From Asterias rubens (lineage: Eukaryota): DNA of 64,000 bases. The stretch is from contig NC_047073.1 of NCBI RefSeq assembly GCF_902459465.1, forward strand, positions 13,082,001 to 13,146,000. Reading direction: 5' to 3'. Positions 11,683 to 24,593 of this stretch are shown piece after piece (position 1 is the stretch's first letter; the number at the start of each line of letters is the position of its first letter). A model generated the notes under the pieces. It saw only the letters and a program-made list of their open reading frames with translations. It was not told the DNA's origin and did no database searches. The position numbers and the translations under genes are program-made.

Positions 11683-12779
11683 CAACTAGCAAGTTTTGCT
11701 TGTTTTGTAAATATCAGTCAAATTGAAATTGGTCTACCCCTACCTCATTTATATTTCAATGGAGTAGTACTACAGTTGGTTAAAGGATTTTTCCAAAGTG
11801 GTTGTTTTATATATGGCATTTTTCTGGTACCATTTATTTGGTTTGTATCTATAAATAAACTAATAACTGCACCTAGTATAGAGGTTGTACAACTCGACCA
11901 GAGTTTTTTCAACCAGTATATTTATAAATATTGGTTTTGCAAATAATGTGCTGTTAATTTCAAAATTGCCAAACCTCGAAGTGAAACAGTACAAAGAAAT
12001 GTGAAGTTCTAAAGTCAAAGACGGCCATTAATTTGTATATTTCAAACCATCCTAAGTAATGTTTAGTATCATTAACATCTGTTGGCTTCAAGACTCCGAA
12101 GACAAACCTAATGTAATTAAAGTTATTACCACTATCATTACTTTTACGGGACCAGAAATATTTTTAAAGGACTACAAGTTTTGAGTGAACTTTCAGCAAG
12201 AGGTTTGGATATAAAAACTAGGGCTAAAATTAGTTCGATATTAGAGCAACTATTGATTACAGGACCACATTGTTTATGGAGATTATTTCCCTTTACTCAA
12301 CATTCCTGCAAACCTGTCCTCGTCAACAATCTTTTGATTGCTTTGAAATGTCCCTTTTGGAGAAATGCATACTATTAAATTCAATTAATTGTATTAAATT
12401 AGGGATAGCTAAAGTTAAACTAGCTGACTAGTGCAGTTATTGGCCCAGTTTAGATTTATTGCATTTTGGCGACTGTCAATTGGCTATGGCTATGGATTGC
12501 TTTGTCATCATGCATTGAAATGTCCTCAGCAACAGTCACAGCCAGAGTCTGCTAAGCAACAACCAATGATTGTTATTTGAATTGCCCCTTCTTTCTTTGA
12601 GTATTATCCAAGACAATTATGTTAATTACAAACTTTGACAATAAAGTCTTCTTTGTCAAAAAAGATATTTCATCTATTGTTTTAATTTTGAAGTGCTATA
12701 TAAGTGTTTTGCATGATTTTTGTTGGTAAAGGTAACAATATTGAACTGGTCATAGAACTGCTTACACAGAAAATGGTGC

Positions 12780-13300
12780 TTAAAGGCAGTGGACACTATT
12801 GGTAATTACTCAGAATAGTTATTAGCATAAAACCTTACTTGGAAACGAGTAATGGAGAGCTGTTGATAGTATACACCATTGTGAGAAACGGCTCCCTCAG
12901 AAGTAACATAATAATTTTCGATAAAGAAGTAATTTTCCACGAATTTGATTTTGAGACCTCGGAATTAGATTTTGAGGTCCCGAAACCAAGCATCTGAAAG
13001 CACACAACTTCGTGTGACAGAGGTGTTTTTTTCTTCCATTATTATCTCGCAACTTCGACGACCAGTTGAGTTCAAAATTTCACAGGTTTGTTATTTTGCG
13101 ATTTCACGATTTCAAGCATCTGAAATCCCACAACTTGTGCGACAATGGCGTTGTTTCTTCCATCTCTCGCAACTTCGACGACCGATTGAGCTCAAACTTT
13201 CATAGGTTTGTTTAATATTGTATGAATAAAGTTGAGATACACACCAACAAGTGAGAAGACTGATACTTGACGATTTACCAATTGTGTCCAGCGCCTTTAA
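12780..13300. mobile_element. MITE family A copy (reverse orientation, internal duplication)
   Basis: TTAA|AGGCAGTGGACAC ... GTGTCCAGCGCCT|TTAA. The CAAGCATCTGAAA block is duplicated internally. Confidence 0.85.
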
Positions 13301-13743
13301 CAATTTTCTGTAACAATGAGTAGGATACCAGTCACAAATTGTACCACATTTGGCTAACCGCATTCTGGTAAGCGTAATTATTATAGTGCTTAGCTGCCTT
13401 ATGAAATTGGGCCCCAAAAGAGTAATACAATTTATTATTATTGGGCAGGCATAAAATATTTTGTATGACGACCAGCCATTGATGAACGTTTTGTCCATAC
13501 CCCTTTTGTGATGATTGTTTCTTCTTATGATTCATCTTTCTACTCAGTTTGAACTGCCACAATAAATCAGTGGTAAAAAAAAAAACATAAATAAAATAAT
13601 GCAGGCTGCTCATCAAAATAAATAATGCGAAAATATAACTACAGAGGGCGCTATTGCAAAGTGTGCTGATGTCCATTGCATAACGAATCACTCAATCGTA
13701 CCATTATTTTGTTAGTAAATTACTGGATAATTCCTCTGGAAAA

Positions 13744-16566
13744 ATGAATAGAGTTAATTTCAATAGTGAAGAAGAAGTTAAGGAGTATCTCCATAATCTT
13801 GAAACGGAGTACAACTACCAGTGTCACCGTGAAAAGACGGGGGAAGGTAGGTAGAAAATGCAACGGTCAAGTACCGACATTCATTCTTCGGCTGCGCGCT
13901 GGAGGTTGGACCCCGGCCGTGTCTCCTCAGCTCACGGTGCATTGAATCGGTCATTGGGTTGGGATGGGGGATGGGGCTTACCTAAACTGGGTTAGGTCCT
14001 TTCATGTACATATACTACGGTAGCCTACCGTTACAAAATGGTTGGTTACACTCTAGAGAAAGGACCACACTTTCTTTACGGTTACATTGTTGTACTACGG
14101 TAGCCTACCGTTACAAAATGGTTGGTTACACTCTAGTAGAGAAAGGACCACACTTTCTTTACGGTTACATTGTTGTTATTGGTAGTTGTTACACTAAACC
14201 TTGTATCTAAAAAGTTGTATTTTAGTAAGTTAAGTAGGCCTAAGACTAAAGTTTAAACTGCTGCATGCAGCAGTAAATGGATCAAACTAATTACCCAAGA
14301 TGTATGATTGAAAACCTTTACCTTGCTTGTTGTGCACAGTTTCAATTTCAGTTTCAATTTCAGCAATTTTGTTTTGTTGTGCAGTCAAATCAAATTAAAA
14401 TCCCCAATCATTCTAAATTTTCAGCACAAACCAAAACGCAATTTGAGAAGAAGTACACAGAAAAAAAATGATCCCCATTCATTTATCCTGCAAAGACCCA
14501 GTAACTGGGGCGCTGTATTCTTTTTTCAAAATGTTGACATTATCGGTCATACTAACTAGCGCCCCAGTTACTGGGTCTATGACTATATAAGACCACAATA
14601 ACTTAGTAGTAGAAGATGTAAGTGTTTTCATGATTTGATAATGATTGCTTGCTTGCTTGCTTTTAAAACATAAATCACTTGCCTGATGCTTTGTTTTTTA
14701 AAGAGCAAGGGCCCGAAGGCGTTTCATCCATACCAGGGCAATAATCAAGGGCAAAGAAGGCAGTTGCCACCGTGCCTCCATCATTATCAGGCCTGGATTT
14801 AATAAACATGTTCGTCTGTATTCTACGTCTTAATTTATTACAGGTTGCTACAGACTGGGAGAATTCTATGCATCCATAAAAGGTGACTTTGAAAAAGCCA
14901 CGTCTGCATATAATCTGAGCTGCACTAAGTACAACCATGTTGTAGCATGCAACAAGTTAGGAGCATTACATCTGTATGGAAGAGGTTTGTTAAGTTGTTT
15001 TGTACAATCAAGTTTATTTTACGAGTGGTGGTCAACTGTGGTCAACAACTTTCAAATTGAGAAAATTTAATTAAGATCAATAATTATAATATTAATAACC
15101 AGTTTTTATATATAGCGCTTTTCACACCGGAGGGCATCTCATTGCCCTTCCGACATTATTCACTGGGCCTTAAATCATTCCTTAACCACCTCATCTCCCT
15201 GGGGAGTATACAGCCTGTGCAACAATCATGCGCTACTTGGCTAAACCAATCACAAGAACCATCTCTTGCCCTCACAGGAACCCATTTACCCCTGGGTGGA
15301 GAGAAGCAATTATAGTTAAGTGCCTTGCTCAGGGACACATGTGTCACGACCGGGATTGGAACTCACACTCTGCTGAACAGAAGTATCAGAGCTTGAGTTT
15401 GGTGCTCTACTCCACCCGGCCATGATACCCTGTGCATTGCAACGTGCTTACCAACCAAAACTACTTATGGTGTAGATGCAAACAATGGCCTGGCGTTTCG
15501 ACCCTAGCAGAGTCTTTCAAACTGATCTAAATAAAGCTATTCATCAATCTCATACCAAAGGGTGTACTGGGTTCTTCTACATGTATACACAACACACAGG
15601 TCCTACAGCTTTACATCCCATCCGAAGGATGAAGCAATCCAATGGTTCAGTGTCTTGCTTCCCACACTCTATAGTAATGATCACAAACACAAGAGCTCGA
15701 GTCCGGTGTGCTTATCCTGTCCCATGACATTCCACTAAGTTCCTCGAAATATGTGAACAAAACTATCTCCAGAGATGTTTGTTGTCAGCTCACGCTCTGC
15801 AGGCATGCAACTTTTCCTCGGATCAGCTGATTTCCTCTTCTTGTAACATCTGCTTACCATTCAAAATTGAAATATACTGTACAAAATCTTTTAAATTTTG
15901 TAATTTCCTCTTTTTTTGGTGAAGTTACAGTTGCATGCCCGACTCTGGCGTTCTTAGTTCCAAGATGCTTAAAGTCATGTAGTCATGAACACATATAGTT
16001 AAATCTGACTGATCCAAAACCTGACCGTTATTTTCTCCACAAACTGTGCACCATAAGAGGCACTGTCATTCCTGAAACATTATTTCCAATCCTAGATTGA
16101 TTTACTCCTGTTGTCTTTTCTCTTTGAAGGTGTTACCAAAGATAGAAAAAAGGCTGTAGAGTATTTCACAAAGAGCTGTGATGGAGGATACATGACAGGG
16201 TGTTACGGTGCTGGTGTCGCACTGAGTGGCGGCGAGACTCGGGATGTCCCCAAAGCAGTCGAGTGCCTCAAGAAAGCCTGCGATAGTGACCACCAAGAAA
16301 GCTGTTATCAACTCGGAAGCATTTACCTGCAGGGTTTAGATACTGTTCAGAAGGACATGCGAAAAGCCTTCCAGTTTACATTGAAGAGCTGTAAGCTCGA
16401 TCATGTCTATGGCTGTGCTAATGTTAGTCGTATGTACAAGCTTGGGGACGGCACGGCGAAGAATGAGAAATTATCACAAGAATACAAAGAGAAAGCGAAG
16501 GACTTGCAACGACAGGCAAAGGAGAAATCGGCACAGATGAAATTTGGAGAAACGGGTGGAAAATGA
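13744..16566 (+). CDS. COA7: Cytochrome c oxidase assembly factor 7 (Sel1-repeat protein); join(13744..13846,14844..14984,16130..16566), 226 aa
   Basis: MNRVNFNSEEEVKEYLHNLETEYNYQCHREKTGE|GCYRLGEFY...ACNKLG...|...SCDGGY...YGCANVSRMYKLGDG matches COA7 (DFQDEEQVKSFLENMEVECNYHCY...GCYRL...ACANASRMYKLGDG). Both introns are phase-1 GT-AG; total 681 nt. Confidence 0.95.
14013..14175. repeat. 80-bp direct tandem duplication in COA7 intron 1
   Basis: TACTACGGTAGCCTACCGTTACAAAATGG... occurs at 14013 and 14093; the second copy has a 3-nt insertion. Confidence 0.9.
15100..15429 (-). mobile_element. tRNA-derived SINE with a CORE-like central motif
   Basis: The minus strand reads TGGCCGGGTGG (A box), GAGTTCCAATCCC (B-box-like), then GTGTCCCTGAGCAAGGCACTTAAC (MIR/CORE-like). 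Confidence 0.7.
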
Positions 16567-17269
16567 TGTTGTTGAAAACTTAGATCAAATTAGGATTTAG
16601 CAATTTCAAGTTTTAAAATTAATATTGTGAAAAACTTAATTAAAATTGGGTATTGAACAACCAAAGATATTTAGGTAGTTTGGGGGCCGGAGTTTTAAAG
16701 TGAGCTGTGAACTAAGGAATATTTTATAAACATAAATCCCACTTTTTGCCATCAAGTGTTTATCAGTGAGAACTAACCTGCACATTTTTTTTTATGTAGC
16801 TATTTTTTTATTTACTGTCTCAAAATATTTAGGTTCAGCAACATTTGTTTGCATTATGCTTTATATTTTGACAAAGAATTATGGAAATAGAAAGCAAAAC
16901 TTTCTACCTCTACCTGAATGTTCCAAAATAAAAATGTTAGACGTCTTAGCGTTCTATTGCTCTAGACTTGGAGGGGTTGTGGGTGCGAATCCCACCCAAG
17001 TTCAAGTACATGATGTATACGGTGCTTATCACGCTTCGGTGTGTGAGATAAAGAAGAGAAAAACTGTCTTTATCTTTTATGCAATTCAACATTTTTTACT
17101 AAAATTCTTTGTTACTTTAACGAGTAAGGGTTTCGAACTGTTTGTTTTTGCCAAATTGTACTTTTTTTTAAACAAAAATACAGGTCAATATTTGTTACTT
17201 AGTTGCTTCATCCATTTTATGGTTGTATTGTATTGTGATACCAAAGATGTATGTTTATCGACACAACAA

Positions 17270-17455
17270 GATGCAGGGCCTAGCATTAACCAATCACAAC
17301 AAGCACCTTGAATAGCTTTCACCAATCACAGAAGGATGCTGAATAGCATTAACCAATCACAACAGGATGCAGGGTCTGGTTTTAACCAATCAAAACAAGA
17401 TGATGGACAGCATTGACCAATCACAACAAGATGCTGGACAACTTTGATCAATCAC
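17270..17455. repeat. ~32-bp tandem repeat, each unit carrying a CCAAT box
   Basis: CCAATCA at 17290, 17322, 17353, 17386 and 17417; TCAATCA at 17448. Confidence 0.85.
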
Positions 17456-20400
17456 GTTAAGTCACAGGACAGTATGGGGCTTGAAAAGTCCAATGATAAC
17501 TGGGGGTGGATCCTCTCTCGTTGTAAAACCAGGCCTACTTCATCTTTGAACATGTTGAAAGGGCAAGGCCATTTCCATTAGAAAATCTTAAAGTCGGGTG
17601 GAAACTTTTAAAGGGCACAAAGGCCAAGACCAGTAATTCCAGACCTGCCAGTGCATTTTGAAGCTACCCCAGACCACAGCAGTTTTTGAAACAAGGCATG
17701 TAGGCATAATAGGTTTATTTTCATTCATGACAATGCTAGTAGTGAAACACGACATCAAAATCCACTTGACCTCCCATAAATTAACTTTCATGTGTACCAC
17801 TGCAGAATATAAGTTGTTTTATCACTTTATAGTACTTTCACATTTTCGAAAAGGATTCTTCCTTGGTTGGTTTAAACGTAAACATTGCATACAACAACCA
17901 TCTAAGCTATGTACGTACTTCACTATACTCGATTTTATTCTGAGAAGTCTCCCAAACATCAGATAAATCTACTCCGCAGTACTCCGCAGTAGTAGATTTT
18001 AAAAAAGACAGATCTCTAAAGAACAAACTCTACCTGGCAAGTAGATGCACACATGGTGTTACCGCTAACCAAATTTAAATTGGTACCTCACCATGCAATA
18101 CCTCAAATCATATGGGCAACTACAGCTAAATTAATTACACACAAGGTAAAAGTTTGGTTTGTATTTTTGATAGGCCTAACTGTTGTAAAATAAAAAAGTA
18201 TGAACTTTGGTTTTATGAAAAGAAAAACAAGGTACTCAAAGAATTTCTGAACGGGTGTTGTTTCATGGTCTTTCTTATTAAGGGTGTGTTGTATTCAATG
18301 TCATTTTCCACCACAAACCTTGTATGAAGTCATGACATATATTTTCTACATTCATCCTCTTTTTAGTCAGGGCCCATCTTTATTTTGGTGCTTTATTATT
18401 TACAATGCTAGTTTGCATTTCTGCTAACCACATTTGATCCGAGTTGTTTGCTCAGCAGAAATTAAGAGAGTATCTATTCTGGCACTCACAAATAAAAATA
18501 ACTTTTGGCTGGGAATGTCTGTGAAACCTGTAATCAACACAATTTCATGTGTGGTACATTGCACAAGTCAAATGTCACTTGGCACAGAAATGGGCACAAC
18601 TGACTGGTGTAATCTTTCAAATGATGTTCAAATGTTGAATAGTTTTGAATATGCTTGGTTTTGTGTGAAATTTTAATCAAATTTGTGTGCAAATTTACTG
18701 TAAATGTGTTTTGTTTTGCATTATGTACAAACCAGCAATTAATTATTGATTCTTTCATACATGTAGTATTACATATTGCTTTTACACTGACTATTCATTA
18801 CATTTTGTGTTAAGTACTGTTGAGTGTTAACAACAATATAAGCATTGCCAATTTACCATTATATTCAATTCAAACCCTTTTCTTTCAGCACAGAAGTATC
18901 TTTAACGGTTTCATAGTTTTCATAACCGTGTCCAAAATGTTTTAATTTGAAAAATTTGTAGTCCGAGACAAATTGCTTCTTGCATCATTGATAATCAGTA
19001 TGATTCAAGTTGACACAACACCTGTAGGAAGCTGGGGGGTTTTTTTTGTGTGGACTGGTGGATTCATAGTTGGAGAACACATACAATATTTTGACCAATA
19101 CTAGCACAGAAGAAAAAACAAATTATATAGAATTTATAAACAGAATTTCCTTTGGAGAGGAAAAGCTTAAAAGTACACAAAGTATCTTTAAATGTCCTTC
19201 CTCCATGGTCTGTGAGGAAATATTTACATGTCGGATTTGTTTCAGTGTGTATAAACTGCTACTTGCCATGTGGGATACATGTATATTATCAAGTGTATCT
19301 TGAATAAAATTGAAAGTGCGTCAGTACTTACTGCCATATGAAAAGTGTTGTTTCTAGTACCCTAATCATTGTTTTGTGTTTCTTTATGGTGTCTCACATT
19401 CACTTAAAGCATGTACAACATTTGTAACAGTCAAAGAACATTATTCACATTTTATGTGACCCAACATAAGCATGAAAAACGAAATCTGTGATAGTTCAAG
19501 CTCAATCGGTCATCAGAGTCCAAGAAAGAAAAAACCTGAACTGTCTGTTTTAACAGTTTTCAAACATCAGGTTTGGTCACATTGGACCCAAACTGTGGTT
19601 TTACTCATTTCTCAAAAACTAAAACATTTCAGGAAAAAATGTTTCACAAGAGGACTTTTTCACCATGACTATATTTATATCACTTAAATTACACGAACAT
19701 GTTTTTGTATATCTGTGAACTTTTGGTACTTTGATCTCATCGATTTTATGCAAACCATTCAAAGACAAATTCAAACATTTTATATTTATTTTTAAGTATA
19801 CTGCAATAATAGAGTTAAATAACAAACCAAATAATGACTAAATCAGAATTACACTTTCTGTTAAATTCATCAATTATTTTATTTACAAGAGGAAAATAAG
19901 GGTTTTCCAGAGAGACACATTCAGTTCGTCTGACTTTCACTGAAATCAGACGCTCCACTGTTATGCAATAACTTCACATCATCTCTTTAAAATTTCTCCC
20001 AAACAAACTGCAAAGTTTCTATATGATAAGAGAGCCAGTTTTAGTTTTGATTACTTTTAAATTCTTCCCTTCATGTGCCACTTGTTATGGGGAAGAAAAA
20101 AGATTCTTGACTGGATGCTTTGTGAAAAAAAAAATTCTTCTTATTGGCTTTTTATCACCTTGAGCCCTGGGCCCAATTTCATAACGCCTCTAAACACAAA
20201 AACTTGCTTAGCACCAAAAACCTTTGCTTTGCAAAAATAGGTTACCAGCCAAAATACAAACAGTAACCATTGTTGTGACTGGTGCCCCGTTCTTTTCTTG
20301 CTCGGCCTAGAAAATTGCTAAGCAACATTTTCTGCTTAACTGTTTAGCAGAAAATGTTGCTTAGCAATTTTCTAAAACAGCTTAATGAAATTGGATACAG

Positions 20401-21508
20401 GCAACAATTCCATAAAGCTGTTCAGTACAATAAATCTCTTAGCACACACAAATTATTGCTGAATTAAAATGGGGACCAGCCAAATACCATAAGATTGCTT
20501 GTGACTGGTTTGCTGCTAACTTTTGTCAGTACAACAAGTTCCTGCTTAATAATGGTTTGTGAAGTTGGCCGATGGGTATATTTCACAAAGAGCTATTGAT
20601 TGATCTTAACTGTGTATCAATCTGAATTTCTAAGCAAAATGTTGTCACAAAACAAATCACTACACTGACAACTGCTTTGTGAAATCTACACTGACAACTG
20701 CTTTGTGTAATCAAGCTCTGGTCTCAAGAAAGTAAACAAAACTTGGAGAAATGACTCAAGTATTATACTATTAACAAATCATGCATGTGTGTAGAAAGCG
20801 TCTCAAAAGTCCGAACAGTAGAACTAATTGGATCAGTTAGTAATTTCTACAGCAGGCATATGTGGACTGGTCTGTTAGATCGCCTGAACATTTTATTGGA
20901 ATGTTCAAAATGCTCTGCTAATAATCACATGAGTAGGGTTGTTCTCATAGTTCAGAACAATGCAGCAGTTCAGCAGAACGTCCTAGCACTCTACTAAATT
21001 GCAGACGTATGCCTTAGGGATCAGTCCTTTCGTGCCTAGAACATGTCTGACTTTCAAGACGCTCCTAAAGCAAAAAACATAATGAAATTGCATACTGAAA
21101 ATGTAACCCTTCAGAGACCAAAATAATATCAGAACAATTTTCGCTATGTAGTCGTACTTAAAGAATGGTTGTCACTCTTGGTTTGGGAACATTTCAATTG
21201 AGATCAAATATCCCAAAACATTATCAACTGTAGTTAATGCACCATACCTTAGGAGATGGTAGGGGGCAGACCTTGAACAACATGGAGGCCATAGCCTCTG
21301 TTACCTTGGTCTTGGCCTTAATTCCTCATAGAATTTTAAGATTTTCAAATGGAAGTACTCTTTGCAAAATAAAAATGGCCTCGCCTTCTCAAAGATGAAA
21401 TTCCAGGCCTGGAAGAGGTTGGTCCTCGACTAAGGTTTACACTCTTGATGTCAAGGGCTGCTAAATGTTCAAACAAGCTGATTCTATTGCATGTCTCTGA
21501 AAGGTTAC

Positions 21509-21662
21509 TAAAACCCGGTCCGTACTTCCTGCGAATGCAAATGCGATACGAATGTTGACATCACAAATTCGCAACAACTTATTCGCAGCAGTTGAAACGT
21601 GCTCAATTGCTGCGAAACGTTTGCTGCGAAAACAGCCATGTGACTGGAAGTACGAACTGGGC
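21509..21662. mobile_element. Short TIR element (family F) in the NDUFA11 3' region; second copy at 26581..26767
   Basis: The TIRs are ACCCGGTCCGTACTTCC and GGAAGTACGAACTGGGC. The body TTGACATCACAAATTCGCAACAA is shared with 26581..26767. Confidence 0.7.
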
Positions 21663-21710
21663 GTCACTTTATGCGACAAATATCTTCAACATAAATATAT
21701 CATCTCTTTA

Positions 21711-24593
21711 TTAGTATGTTGGTTTGGGGACGACAGGACCCCATCCTTGCCTATGCCATAATTTGGAGAATGCCGCCAGGGAGCCCAAACCAACACAAGC
21801 TCCTGATCCAATGGGGTAACTGTGAGCTGTGAAAGGTAAAACAAAAATAAAGAAATTTTAAAGTCATCTTTAAAATGTCAAGGCATGAGACATTTTCGTG
21901 ATTTATAGTGTGTCATGATGGCGGAGGCCAGAGTGGACATTTTTCTGGGGGGTATAATTGGGTACCTGGCAGGCCGCGCCATATACTACCAAGGGAACTT
22001 ACAAAAAAATGTAATGGTGGCCCAATGACCATTGACATAAGAGGACTGGATTGCAGGCCAGTTTTTTGTTAGCGTCCAGCCAGTCACTCAAGACCCTACA
22101 ATGCCCGCAGTCTTGTGTTTATTGCAAAATTTCTGGTTCACATAGCGAGCAATCTTGTTTACAGGTTTTCTAAGGCTTGCCAGCAATGATGGTTAAGTTC
22201 ACTTTTGAGGCACCCCCCATTGGACTTTTCTTTTAGGTACCACAACTTTTCTGCATTAAATCCAATGGGGGATGTCAGTAAACTAACAGGCTGATAGAGG
22301 TCATGGAAGACTTCCACATAGCCATGGTGTCTTATCAGGGTCGCTAAAATTTGAACAGCTCTGCCCTGTAAACCTACCGCGACTATGCTGTAAAACTCTC
22401 TGCAAACGAACATCAGAGAATATAAGTTTAGGTGGGACTGCACGGTAGATTTACACAAAAGCCAGTCTTGGAAACTTTCCGCATTGCAGCGGGAAAAAAC
22501 TGTCCAGTGGGAACAGGTCTTTAGTTTCATTACCATAAAATATACTTACTCTTAGCTCCAAGCATGACTCCTGACAAGCATCCACCGATGAAATAATTGT
22601 ACAGGTCATCTTTTCCTCTTACAGATGCTGATATAGTAGTTCCTGCTCCAAAAACTGCGCCCATCATGGCTAGATAAGAGAAAACAAACAATGAATGATC
22701 AGTGAAACAACCTCATACCAACTGATAGATGTAAAAAAATTCCTAAAATTTTGTACATTTTTGCATCAGAGATAAATAATAATTTGTATTTTACCCTAAC
22801 ACTGACGAGTGTTATGCACTGTATCCTCAGTAATTTATACCAAGTTCTACGAAAACAATCTACAGGCGAATCACTCGAGTTGAACTCGAACCCACAACCT
22901 TTGCATTGATAGAACAGATGTCTTACCACTAGACCACCGAGCTAGCCTGATGGCTACACTTTGTATCATAGCTGCAGGTACTGCAATGCAACAGTTTAGT
23001 AGATGTTAACTAATGCACAGTCACACTCAGTTAATACTCAGTGAAAAGTTTAGTTTACTGAGTATGGAAGCTGCTAGGTGTTTTTTTTTTTATTTATTTT
23101 TTTTTAATAACTACAAGCTATAGACGATGTGACCTATGTTTACATTCAAAACGCCCTCTGTTGATAAAACACTGAATACGTCATGTTTCGCCGGGCAAAA
23201 AGCTAGCTGGCTGTGCGCCCAAATCATGTTATGGTTTTCGAGTGATGTCAGAGGTCACATCGTCTATACAAAACCAAAACCCACTATCCATCATTGATGT
23301 CATAGGCCAAGACTACCACTTCATCTTCAAAGTGAAACAGTACCAGACTCTAATATGTAGTATTTACCGAATGTTGCTGTGTGGGTAAGGGACCTTCCTA
23401 CTGCTTCTCCGAATGTCTTAGGGAAGAACATAACAAGATTCGTTCCCGAGTAGGCGATACCTGGAACAAAAAAATTATAAAGTGTTGAGCATATTGAGAT
23501 GTAACAAAACGGGGGATGCGGCAGAAAAACAACAGTAAATACTGTGCAGAAAATTTCATTTTTTGAAGATGTTTTTTCAATTCCACTCAACAAAAAGTCA
23601 ATGTATATTTGAGTGTGTGGGGAAAGTTTTGGTTGTGTAGTACAAAGGAAACTTCAGTTATTGGTGGCTAACGGTCGTAAAACTTTCATTGGTCGACCAA
23701 TAACGATAAAAGTAACTGGGTCTACCATAAAACAACGTCATCATGAATTGATGGATGTCAGACAACTCGTCCGTCGGACAATTTGACGATTCGAACAACT
23801 CGACGGTTGAGACAGCTCAACCGTTCGGACAAATCAACGGTTCAGACGACTCGACTAGTTGAGACAACTCGACGGATGGCCAAGACAAGTCAACGGTTGA
23901 ACGGACCTCCGTTACAGACATGTTAACACAAATTTCCCGTAAATCTTAACCTTAACCCTAACTCTAACCCAAACCCTAACCCTAGGCTTACCCCAACCCT
24001 AACCCTAACCTACCCTAACCCATCCCCCTTTCCCGACCCTCTGCACGCCCCGTGATGAGGCCCCGTCACGGCCATTTGTCGGCTTGTCTTGGTCCTAAGT
24101 CAAGTTGTCCGACAGTTGAAAAAAACATCCGTTGAGTTGGCCGAACGGTCGAGCTGTCTCGTCGGTCAATTGGCACCTATCCATATCATGCTTATTATAT
24201 ACAAAAATAAAAATATCATTCATCAAAATTTTAAATACAAATACAATTAATTATTAATATAATAGGCCTATAGGCCTATATCAATAATAATTTATAAACA
24301 CAATTAACAACACTGCCCTGAGTGTCACTGTCACAACTTGAGATCAATGTACGTTATAAATTAATTCTAAATTAGAATATTAAGCACAAATTCTATGAAA
24401 CTCTAATAGAAGAGTAAAACTTAGGCCTATTATAATTTATTTATAATAAAAAAAGTTAAAGTTTGTTATTTTTATTAAACTTTAAAAAAATACTAAAAAT
24501 GTTTTTACCTGCAGCACCGCCTACAGCCGTCGTGTTCAAAACATTCCTGATCGGTTCTTTGCCGTCCAAGTTATCTATGCGAGCAATACCCAT
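21711..24593 (-). CDS. NDUFA11: NADH:ubiquinone oxidoreductase subunit A11 (Tim17 family); complement(join(21711..21826,22550..22669,23368..23460,24509..24593)), 137 aa
   Basis: [28 protein letters not shown]|[31 protein letters not shown]|[40 protein letters not shown]|[29 protein letters not shown] matches NDUFA11 (GAVFGLTTCISA...[27 protein letters not shown]). All introns are phase-1 GT-AG. The ORF track largely misses this gene. Confidence 0.93.
22159..22536 (-). mobile_element. Possible decayed piggyBac-type transposase fragment in NDUFA11 intron 3
   Basis: The ORF contains [14 protein letters not shown] and [33 protein letters not shown], which resemble the piggyBac core motifs W.LCD..TGY..NF and G...VV..L......G..VYFDNFF.SV.LL. 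Matched by eye only. Confidence 0.4.
23750..24185. repeat. Dispersed element with ~20-bp subterminal repeats and an internal degenerate (CCCTAA)n tract
   Basis: GACAACTCGAC-type repeats at 23760..23900 with inverted copies at 24100..24170. Telomere-like hexamers lie at 23946..24022. Confidence 0.65.

Noticed and set aside
16766-17311. 181-aa plus-strand ORF after COA7
   Set aside because: GTG start, AT-rich low-information composition, runs into the CCAAT minisatellite and has no recognisable motif. Probably 3' UTR or intergenic.
17270-17455. CRISPR-like array (also considered for 1-130 and 29755-29936)
   Set aside because: Eukaryotic context, units that are tandem without unique spacers, and no cas genes.
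23946-24022. True telomere or chromosome-fusion scar
   Set aside because: The tract is short, degenerate, single-orientation, intronic and embedded in a dispersed repeat.
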